Positions 16,618-24,323 of a stretch of 34,029 nucleotides of DNA are shown here, one piece after another. The notes under the pieces are model-generated. The model was given only the letters and a program-made list of their open reading frames with translations, was not told the origin of the DNA and ran no database searches. The stretch spans positions 1 to 34,029 of the forward strand of contig JBDTUV010000001.1 in the NCBI GenBank assembly GCA_040007575.1, given 5' to 3'. The stretch is from Gemmatimonadales bacterium (GTDB taxonomy: Bacteria; Gemmatimonadota; Gemmatimonadetes; Gemmatimonadales; GWC2-71-9). Both the position numbers and the translations under genes were made by a program. The stretch's first letter is position 1, and each line of letters opens with the position of its first letter.

Positions 16618-17712
16618 GTGGGCACCCAGCACCTCGCCGAGACCCTGGCGGCGCAGGGGCACGACGTAGTCTACGTCACCGCCCACGCGAGCTGGCTGAC
16701 GCTTTTTTTTCGAGAGCACCGCGCGAAGTATCTTGGCAGCTTCCATCCCATACGGCTCGGTCCCCGCCTGGTACAGGTGACGCCGGTCAACTTCCTTCCC
16801 ATGCGGGCGATCAAGCGGCTCGAAGGAACTCCGCTCGAGTGGGCCGGCAATCGAGTCAACAGCCTGGTGGAGCGCACCAGAGGCCGGGTATTAGAGCAGG
16901 ACGAGTTCGACCTCTGCATCTTCTCCGCGGCCAGCTCCATGACTCTGCTGCCCAAGATCAAGGCCAAGCACTACGTCTACCGCGCAAACGACCTGCTGAG
17001 CGGATTTGACGCGCTTCCAAGGACTCTGCTGGATTTCGAGGCACGGCTGCTGGACGAGCTCCCGATCGCAGAGGTCTGTGCCGTCAATGAGGAACTTGCC
17101 GCGCAGGTGCAGGCGCGCCATCCGCACCTGAAGGTCCGGGTGGTCCCGAATGGTGTCGATCTGCTGCTCTTCGAAGGCGCGGAGCCGGATCCGGTTCTGC
17201 TGCCCACTCGTTCGAACAACGTGATCTACGTGGGTTCGTTCGATTCCTGGACCGATGTTGATCTGTTGCTCGCCGCCGCGGAGCTCCTCCCGGACCACAC
17301 CTTCCACCTGTTCGGCACCTGGTACCGGAAGGTTCCGCTGAGACGGCCGTCAAACCTGCGGATCCACGGCCCCATCCGGCACCAGGCGGTGGCCGGGAAG
17401 ATGAAGGGGTGCAGCGTAGGCCTCATTCCTTCCGGGCGGGGCAATGCAGGCCGGCTGGTCTCCAAACCACTCAAATACTACGAGTATCTAGCGGCCGGGC
17501 TTGGGGTGGCCGCCACGAGCTATGCCGGCAAGGAGCTGGAGCCCTTCGCTGTGCTAGGCGATACGCCGGAAACATTCGCTGCAGCAATCCTTCAGGCCAA
17601 ATCGGTGCCGGCGCGCCTGAACCCCGCAATACGCGACGCGCTCCGTACCTGCGGCTGGGACTTTCTGGTGCGTGAGATGTGCGAGGGCTGGGATTCAGCT
17701 CCCTCCAAGTAG
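16618..17712 (+). CDS. GT-B fold glycosyltransferase (GT4/GT1-like)
   Basis: 'GTQHLAETLAAQGHDVVYVT' is an N-terminal Rossmann helix and 'KPLKYYEYLAAGLGV' is a C-terminal donor-binding helix. The true N-terminus may lie upstream of the first canonical start (see finding). Confidence 0.7.
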   Translation: MGTQHLAETLAAQGHDVVYVTAHASWLTLFFREHRAKYLGSFHPIRLGPRLVQVTPVNFLPMRAIKRLEGTPLEWAGNRVNSLVERTRGRVLEQDEFDLCIFSAASSMTLLPKIKAKHYVYRANDLLSGFDALPRTLLDFEARLLDELPIAEVCAVNEELAAQVQARHPHLKVRVVPNGVDLLLFEGAEPDPVLLPTRSNNVIYVGSFDSWTDVDLLLAAAELLPDHTFHLFGTWYRKVPLRRPSNLRIHGPIRHQAVAGKMKGCSVGLIPSGRGNAGRLVSKPLKYYEYLAAGLGVAATSYAGKELEPFAVLGDTPETFAAAILQAKSVPARLNPAIRDALRTCGWDFLVREMCEGWDSAPSK

Positions 17713-17863
17713 GCGTACGACTCCCACCTCACGGATCAATCACCCTCAAAACGACCCGGATTTGTCGTGTCTCTGTGACGCGGCGCGTGCTTCCATATCT
17801 AGCTATCCGCGATCACTGCGGTCTCCTCGAACCCCGATCTGGCGGCGTCAGGGGGCCCTAGGC

Positions 17864-17891
17864 TTGCATCGGACAAGGATTTGGCTATGTT
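17864..17891 (+). promoter_or_regulatory. Candidate sigma70-like promoter (TTGCAT, 16 nt spacer, TATGTT) upstream of the priming transferase
   Basis: Hexamers read by eye within the 352-nt, visibly less GC-rich gap 17713-18064. There is no experimental or statistical support. Confidence 0.2.
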
Positions 17892-18064
17892 CGCGATGAA
17901 GCGGAGCACAGCCAGAGTGCGGACGAAATTATTTGCAGTCAGTGGCTCACGTCTTGCAACAGGCTGCGGCTGATGGTCGGCTCCGAAGAAATAAACCTGC
18001 CTTCGGAACGCTCTCGCGGGTTGTCCCCCCTCTTCCCGGAAGCGGCGCAAGTGGAACTCACCAC

Positions 18065-19627
18065 ATGTCTCCGGTAGCCCAACCCTCCATTAGCTCCAGG
18101 CTTCACGCTTCATCATCTCCCGCAGATGAGGCGGCCTCAATTTCGGCCACGATAACCCCACCCGCGGTGTGGACCTCGCTCGAACGGCTTGCCATTACCC
18201 GCCGCGCCCCCCAGATCATGCGGCGACATCTGGTGCGGTCGGTGGTACGGATCACCGTACTCATGGCGGGTGACGCCGGCGCGCTGCTGCTGCTTCGCTT
18301 GCTGCTTCGGGGTATGCGGGACGATGTCTGGCTGGGTCCTTCCACCGCCGCGGTGCTCAACAGCCTCGTGCCCCAAGGCGCACTCCCGCTGGTGCAGCTG
18401 CTTCCCGCGGTACTCCTCGGGCTCATCGTGCTGGACACGTATGGCGCCAGCGATCGGCGTCGCGATGCCGGCCGGATCATGGCGGGGGCCACCCTTGGCC
18501 TCGGCCTTCCATTCTGGACCTATCTCTGGTCTCATTTCTCGCCGCTGGCGCTGCCCGGTTTCGTGGTGCTCGCAACGATCATCAGCCTTACGCTGATCAG
18601 CGAGCGTCATCTCATCGATAGCGCGGTCCGCCGGCTGTGGCCGATTGGCCCTGGCGCCGCGCGTGCGCTCCTGATCGGCCGACCCGAGGACACTCTTCGG
18701 GCACTGGAGCATCCCGCGCTGTCGGACGCGCGCGAATTCACCATCGGTGGCGCCTTCGACCCCGCCGAGCCGAGGCTGAGCAGGGGCAAAGAAGGATTTA
18801 GCCGGCTTTGCCAGACCATCAAGCAATACCGCGCCGACACCCTCGTCATGAGTGGCCCGCTCGACGACGAGGCATTTGCGGTGGTCATCGAGGCCGCCGG
18901 CGCGGCCGGTTGTCAGCTCTACGCCCTGACCCGATCGGTCGCATTGGGAGGACTCGAGTTCCAGACGGTGTGGCGCCGAGGTGCACCCCTCGTCTCGATG
19001 AACCGGCCCGGTCTGCGCGGCCGCCAGCTCCTGCTTAAGCGGGTACTCGACATCGCGGTCTCTACCCTGGGCCTGGTGCTTCTCAGCCCCATCTTCCTGG
19101 CGATTGCGGTTGCGGTCCGGCTTTCCTCATCCGGCCCCATATTCTTTCGCCAGACGAGGGTAGGGCTGGGAGGGAAGTTTTTCGAGATCATGAAGTTCCG
19201 GAGCATGGTGGACGACGCAGAGCTGCAGCGGGAAGATCTGGAGCCCGAGAGCCTTTACACCGACGGCCGGCTCTTCAAGGTCAAGAACGATCCTAGGGTC
19301 ACCCACCTCGGTGCGTTTCTGCGGCGTACCAGTCTGGACGAGCTTCCCCAGCTCTGGAATGTGTTTCGGGGAGAGATGTCCCTGGTCGGTCCGCGGCCGC
19401 CGCTCACCAGCGAGGTCGATCTCTACGAGGACCACCACTATACCCGGTTCGATGTAAAGCCCGGCATCACCGGACCGTGGCAGGTGAGCGGCCGGAACAG
19501 CATCACGGATTTCGAGGAAGTGATCCGGCTGGAGACTGGCTATATCCGCGGGTGGACCATCTGGAAAGATCTCGGCATTCTCCTCCGCACCGTCCCGGTG
19601 GTCCTCTTCATGCGCGGCGCGCACTGA
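18065..19627 (+). CDS. Polyprenyl-phosphate glycosyl-1-phosphate transferase, WbaP/EpsB-type priming enzyme
   Basis: N-terminal TM segments and the C-terminal bacterial sugar transferase domain: '[26 protein letters not shown]', '[25 protein letters not shown]', '[38 protein letters not shown]'. The start is uncertain (TTG 17933, ATG 18065 or ATG ~18218). Confidence 0.8.
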   Translation: MSPVAQPSISSRLHASSSPADEAASISATITPPAVWTSLERLAITRRAPQIMRRHLVRSVVRITVLMAGDAGALLLLRLLLRGMRDDVWLGPSTAAVLNSLVPQGALPLVQLLPAVLLGLIVLDTYGASDRRRDAGRIMAGATLGLGLPFWTYLWSHFSPLALPGFVVLATIISLTLISERHLIDSAVRRLWPIGPGAARALLIGRPEDTLRALEHPALSDAREFTIGGAFDPAEPRLSRGKEGFSRLCQTIKQYRADTLVMSGPLDDEAFAVVIEAAGAAGCQLYALTRSVALGGLEFQTVWRRGAPLVSMNRPGLRGRQLLLKRVLDIAVSTLGLVLLSPIFLAIAVAVRLSSSGPIFFRQTRVGLGGKFFEIMKFRSMVDDAELQREDLEPESLYTDGRLFKVKNDPRVTHLGAFLRRTSLDELPQLWNVFRGEMSLVGPRPPLTSEVDLYEDHHYTRFDVKPGITGPWQVSGRNSITDFEEVIRLETGYIRGWTIWKDLGILLRTVPVVLFMRGAH

Positions 19628-19648
19628 GTCGGGCGCTTCCTCACACCG

Positions 19649-20971
19649 CTAGTCCGCCAACCCCACTGCACCAACCGGATCACCGACACCTCCGCGCTCG
19701 CTGACCCGGGCGACCTCCACATCCGGTCCACCCTCCCGCGCCGTCTCGCATAGGTACAGCAGGAACCCCACGTTCAGCCAGAAGAAGACGTGCAGCAACT
19801 CGTAGCCTACGAGCATGTTCAGGAGAATCCCGACGGCGCCGAGCAGGAATGCCAGGAATCGGGGACGAAGCTGCGGGGGCAGCAAGGAGCGGCTGCGAAT
19901 GAAGCTGTAGAGCAACCCGACCAGCATTGCCGTGACCACCAGAAATCCAACCAGTCCTACCTCAGCCAGGACCTTGAGGAAATCCATATTGGGAGTGTAG
20001 CCGGGGTTGAAAAGCGGATCGCCAAAAAGGACCTCTCCCCGGTAAACGCCGTATTGCCCGGCGCCGATGCCGAACAGCAAGTGGTCGCGAGCTATGGATA
20101 GGAGCAGAAACAGGTTCTGCAGCCTCTCTACGAACGCTCCAGCGCCGACTCCCTCGGTCAGGAGAGCGGAAAAAGTCGGCAGCCGAATCAGCACGGCTCC
20201 CGCGACAGGGGCGAGAAGGATGCCGGCAGCGATCAGCGCCATGCGGGCCCGCGGGTAGGTCGCTAGCACGAACAGGTAGATCAGCAGCAGCGAGACCACC
20301 GCGAACTTGGATTGGGAGAGTATCAGGACTACGACGCCGAGAAGCGCGAACCACTTGTAGCGGCGGAGGTGCTCGGGAGAGAGCATCAGCATCAGCGGGG
20401 TCAGGTAAACCACCGAGAGCTGCTGCGGCTCGGCCGTGGTGCCGGCCAGGCGCGGCAACGACCCCGGTATCGGCCAGACTCCCAGCACGCCACCGAAGGA
20501 ATGGGCGAGGAAATCGATGTCAGTCCGGAAGCCGAGATAGTACAAGGCGACCAGGAGGCACAGGACGACCAGCGAAGCTACCCCCGAGAGCATCACACAC
20601 CGCACGTAACCGTTTTCGTCGACCAGGCCGCGGCGCAGCGCGTAATAGGTCACGAATGCCGCGCTGAAGATGGCCAGGTACTTCGAGAAATCCATCAGGA
20701 AGTACAAGGCATACATTCGACGCTCGCCGGTAGCCTGGGCGAACAGGTTGACGATCAGCATGGCGACGAAGAGCACGGTAAAGCGGAGAAATAGCCTTGC
20801 GGACCGCCCTACCCTCAGTGGGCGGCCCGTAGTCAGGAGCACTACGAATGCCCCGAGGCCCGCCCAAGCCACCAGCCGCTGGAATGGAAGCACCAGTCCC
20901 ACCGCTTCGGGAATCCGCAGCCAGACAAAGCAGTAGAGCAGGGCGAGGAGGTAGGTGCAGGCAGCAATCAT
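19649..20971 (-). CDS. wzy: O-antigen polymerase/ligase-family (Wzy-like) integral membrane protein
   Basis: 440 aa with ten or more hydrophobic segments, and a periplasmic-loop-like region 'FVERLQNLFLLLSIARDHLLFGIGAGQYG' typical of the Wzy_C/O-antigen ligase family. Confidence 0.65.
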   Translation of the reverse strand: MIAACTYLLALLYCFVWLRIPEAVGLVLPFQRLVAWAGLGAFVVLLTTGRPLRVGRSARLFLRFTVLFVAMLIVNLFAQATGERRMYALYFLMDFSKYLAIFSAAFVTYYALRRGLVDENGYVRCVMLSGVASLVVLCLLVALYYLGFRTDIDFLAHSFGGVLGVWPIPGSLPRLAGTTAEPQQLSVVYLTPLMLMLSPEHLRRYKWFALLGVVVLILSQSKFAVVSLLLIYLFVLATYPRARMALIAAGILLAPVAGAVLIRLPTFSALLTEGVGAGAFVERLQNLFLLLSIARDHLLFGIGAGQYGVYRGEVLFGDPLFNPGYTPNMDFLKVLAEVGLVGFLVVTAMLVGLLYSFIRSRSLLPPQLRPRFLAFLLGAVGILLNMLVGYELLHVFFWLNVGFLLYLCETAREGGPDVEVARVSERGGVGDPVGAVGLAD

Positions 20972-20987
20972 TGCGACGCTTCGACCG

Positions 20988-22136
20988 TCAGGCCCGGCTC
21001 TGCTTCAGGTTCTCTTGAAAGCGAGAGACCTGATCCCGTACATACCGCTCGAACTCACACCGGAAGCGTTCCGGGGCAAAGCGCATGGCGTTGTCCCGGC
21101 AGTTCGCGGGAGTCAGGCTCGTCCTCCGGCGCTCGAAGACCATCATGGCTTCGTGCAGCGAGTCGGGGGTCTGTTCCTCGAAGAGCACCCCGCTCGGCTG
21201 CGCGTGATCCAGCCCTCGAATGGTTTCCATCGCACCGCCCTTGCCGTACGCAATGACCGGACAGCCGCACGCCTGGGCCTCCAGCGGGACGATGCCGAAA
21301 TCCTCCTCGGCCGCGAAGATGAAAGCGGCGGCGCGCTGCATGTGATCCCTGAGCACCTCGAGCGGCTGGTGCCCGAGGAATCGCACGTTGGGCGGGGCGC
21401 GGCCCTTGAGCCGCGGCGCCTCGGGACCATCGCCGATGACGATTAACGTTCGGTCGGGCATGCCGGCGAAGGCGTCCACTACGACGTCCAATCTCTTGTA
21501 GGGTACCAGTCGCGACGCGGTGAGGTAGAAGCTCTCCCTGCCAGAGGTGGCCGGAGTGAAGGTCTCGACATCCACGGGTGGATATATCACCGTCGACTCG
21601 CGGCGGTAGGCCTTCTGGATCCGGCGAGCCACGAAGTGAGAGATGGCGATGAACCCGTCCACCCCGGCCCCGGTCCGCGCATCCCAGTTGCGGACCCGGT
21701 GCAGGACATACCGCGCAATGGCACCGAGCACGCCGCGGTCCAGTCCGGTCTCACGCAAGTACTGGTGCTGCAGGTCCCAGACATAGCGCATGGGCGAATA
21801 GCACATGCAGAGGTGGAGCTGGTCGGGTCCGGTGAGCACGCCCTTAGCCACGGCGTAGGAGCTGGAAATCACCAGGTCGTACCCGGCGAGGTCGAGCTGC
21901 TCGATGGCCAGGGGCATCAAGGGCAGATAGCGCCGGTAGCGGGTGCGGGCCCCGGGGAGGCGCTGAAGAAACGACGTTCGGGCCTTGCGGCCGCCGAGGA
22001 AGGCTCGCTCCGACTCAGGCAGAAAATCGATAAGACTGAACAGCTCGGCCTCGGGCAATACCCGAAGCATCTGCTCGAGGACCCGCTCGGCCCCGGCGTA
22101 GACCACCAGCCAGTCGTGCACGATAGCGGTTTTCAC
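20988..22136 (-). CDS. GT4-family glycosyltransferase
   Basis: 'MKTAIVHDWLVVYAGAERVLEQM' N-terminus and the C-terminal 'EEDFGIVPLEAQACGCPVIAYGKGGAMETI' (EX7E-type motif). GTGA overlap with the upstream gene. Confidence 0.8.
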   Translation of the reverse strand: MKTAIVHDWLVVYAGAERVLEQMLRVLPEAELFSLIDFLPESERAFLGGRKARTSFLQRLPGARTRYRRYLPLMPLAIEQLDLAGYDLVISSSYAVAKGVLTGPDQLHLCMCYSPMRYVWDLQHQYLRETGLDRGVLGAIARYVLHRVRNWDARTGAGVDGFIAISHFVARRIQKAYRRESTVIYPPVDVETFTPATSGRESFYLTASRLVPYKRLDVVVDAFAGMPDRTLIVIGDGPEAPRLKGRAPPNVRFLGHQPLEVLRDHMQRAAAFIFAAEEDFGIVPLEAQACGCPVIAYGKGGAMETIRGLDHAQPSGVLFEEQTPDSLHEAMMVFERRRTSLTPANCRDNAMRFAPERFRCEFERYVRDQVSRFQENLKQSRA

Positions 22137-23218
22137 CGAACGATCTCCCGTGCGACGGCCATCACCGCTCGCGCGGTGGCACTCCAGCTGAACTGCCGGG
22201 CGCGTGCCAGAGCCCGATCCCGCAGCGTTCGCCGCAGGTCAGGCTGATCCAGGATCTCGGAGATGCGCGCCGCGATGTCGCTGGGGTTGCGAGGGTCGCA
22301 ATACAAGGCTGCATCTCCGCACACTTCGGGCAGCGAGGCCGCGTTGGAGGAGATCACTGGACAGCCGCACGCCATCGCCTCGAGCGGCGGCAATCCAAAG
22401 CCCTCGTACAGAGACGGATAGAGCAGGCAGGCGGCATTCTCGTAGAGGGCCCGCAGCTCGCCGTCGGTGACATATCCGAGCCTCCGAATCCGAGTGCCCG
22501 ATTCAGCCCCGCCGTCCTTGAATACTCCTCCGTACCGGCCACCGACCAGGACTAGATCGTAGTCGTGGCGGCCCGCACGTTCGACCGCCTGCGCCACGCC
22601 CTGAAGATTCTTGTGCGGACTTCCGCTGCTCACCGCGACAATGTAGGGCCGCTTACCCAGATCGTTGCGGGCCAGCACGCCGGGATCGGCGGGTGCGGCC
22701 AGAATATGCTCGCCGGCCAGCGGCACCACGGTCAGCTTGCTCTCTGGAATTCGGGCCCAGCGAATGAGCTCCTCCCGCGAGAAGCGCGAGTCGGTAAGAA
22801 CGCGATCGGCCCGGCGGCCAAGCGCAGGCAGCAGGAAGCGGTACCAGGTGCGAAACAATATTCGGTATGCGTCCGGCACCGCAAAGACAGACGCGTCGTG
22901 AATGGTCACACATTGTAGGCGGGCGGCAAGCGGGGCCACGTTGGCAAAGCTGAGCAGAAGGCCACCCCGGGTGTGGAGGGGTAACTGGAGCTGTTCCCAC
23001 CACTGGCCTTGCCCCCGGCCGACGGCTCGTGACGGGATGCCCTGCAGTGCCGGCTGTGGTGCTGATGGCGGCATCAGCAGAGTAAAGGTCCACTCAGCGG
23101 CAGGGTATTCGCCTTCGACGACGAGCCGATCCAGCGCCCTCACGGTTTCGGCTGCGCACCGCTGAACTCCGGTGATCGACTGGGTAAGGTACCGGCCGTT
23201 GATGAAGACCCGGTTCAT
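22133..23218 (-). CDS. GT4-family glycosyltransferase
   Basis: 'MNRVFINGRYLTQSITGVQRCAAE' and 'PSLYEGFGLPPLEAMACGCPVISSNAASLPEV'. I chose ATG 23218, because the track start at 23407 would overlap the PCP gene. Confidence 0.8.
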   Translation of the reverse strand: MNRVFINGRYLTQSITGVQRCAAETVRALDRLVVEGEYPAAEWTFTLLMPPSAPQPALQGIPSRAVGRGQGQWWEQLQLPLHTRGGLLLSFANVAPLAARLQCVTIHDASVFAVPDAYRILFRTWYRFLLPALGRRADRVLTDSRFSREELIRWARIPESKLTVVPLAGEHILAAPADPGVLARNDLGKRPYIVAVSSGSPHKNLQGVAQAVERAGRHDYDLVLVGGRYGGVFKDGGAESGTRIRRLGYVTDGELRALYENAACLLYPSLYEGFGLPPLEAMACGCPVISSNAASLPEVCGDAALYCDPRNPSDIAARISEILDQPDLRRTLRDRALARARQFSWSATARAVMAVAREIVR

Positions 23219-23264
23219 GGCGGGCCTGAGGGAAACCCGGAGTGCCGGCCTGATGCCGGCCGTC

Positions 23265-24323
23265 TCACTGGCGGCCGACGCCGCGCCGGGCGGTCTCCAG
23301 GGCCTCGCGGAACTCCAGGTAGTCGGCCCGCGGCTCCCGAGGTCGTTCGCGCGCGCTCGCAAGATAGGCGAGCCCCATGCCCAGCATGCCTCCCACCAGC
23401 CCGGCAATGATCACCCCCATGGTTCGCCGCGGTCGGGTGCGTCGAATGGGGGCCAGAGCCGAATCGACCATCGTGAGTACCGGGGTATCGCGCACCTCGG
23501 CAATTCGCGCTTCGGTGTGCGCCTTGGAGAGCGTGAGGTACAGCTCCTGCTTGACCTGGACGTCGCGAGCCAGGCGGCCCGCCTCGAAGGTGAGCAGCGG
23601 CGAGCTGGAGTAGTCCCGATTGCGCTGGAGGAAGGCGAGCTCGGCCCGCTCTGCCGTCCGCAGATCGCGCTCCGCCTCCGCCATGCGCTCTCCGGTGAAG
23701 CGGCGCTGCTCCCGTGATTGGCTCTGCCGCCGCTCGAGATTGAACTCGTTGAGCAGCTTCACCAGGTGGTTGGCCACGTCGGCGGCGAGCCGGGGAGTGC
23801 CCATCTCCACGTCGAGCGTCACGATACCGGTCGGCTTGTCTGCGACCGCACTGATCCGCTTGCGCAGCATGGTTACCCCGTTTTGCAGCCGCTCCTCCGG
23901 CGAGTTTCCCGGGACTTGGAGGATATCGAGCAGCGGGCGACCGGCACCACCGCCTGGATTGGCGAACTCGGCTTGCAGGGTCGAGCGCAGAAGCTCGGTG
24001 CTGCTGGCGAGCCTCACGAAGAATTCAGGCGACACGGAACCGGTGGACACGCCCAGCCCGAGCTCGCTGGCCACTCCCACGAGTGCACCGAGCCCGCTCC
24101 CCGCACCCGAACTGCCAGCTGCCTCGGGTGTGAAGCTGGCTCGGCCGGTGTACGTCGGCTTTTGCAGCAGAAGGATGACCGCCGCCACGACCGCGACAAC
24201 CAAGGCGGTTCCGATAACGAGCTTCCAGCGGCGCACCAGCGGCGTCAACAAACCGTACAAGGAAATGTCCTGGTCCGAAGTCTCGCGAACCGGCCTCAGG
24301 CCCCGCTCGGATCCTGCGGTCAC
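23265..24323 (-). CDS. Polysaccharide co-polymerase (Wzz/GumC-like chain-length determinant) without a kinase domain
   Basis: Wzz-type N-terminus 'ISLYGLLTPLVRRWKLVIGTALVVAVVAAVILLL', a coiled-coil middle section, and a second TM near the C-terminus 'MGVIIAGLVGGMLGMGLAYL'. There is no Walker A/B segment. GTGA overlap with the OPX gene. Confidence 0.75.
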   Translation of the reverse strand: MTAGSERGLRPVRETSDQDISLYGLLTPLVRRWKLVIGTALVVAVVAAVILLLQKPTYTGRASFTPEAAGSSGAGSGLGALVGVASELGLGVSTGSVSPEFFVRLASSTELLRSTLQAEFANPGGGAGRPLLDILQVPGNSPEERLQNGVTMLRKRISAVADKPTGIVTLDVEMGTPRLAADVANHLVKLLNEFNLERRQSQSREQRRFTGERMAEAERDLRTAERAELAFLQRNRDYSSSPLLTFEAGRLARDVQVKQELYLTLSKAHTEARIAEVRDTPVLTMVDSALAPIRRTRPRRTMGVIIAGLVGGMLGMGLAYLASARERPREPRADYLEFREALETARRGVGRQ

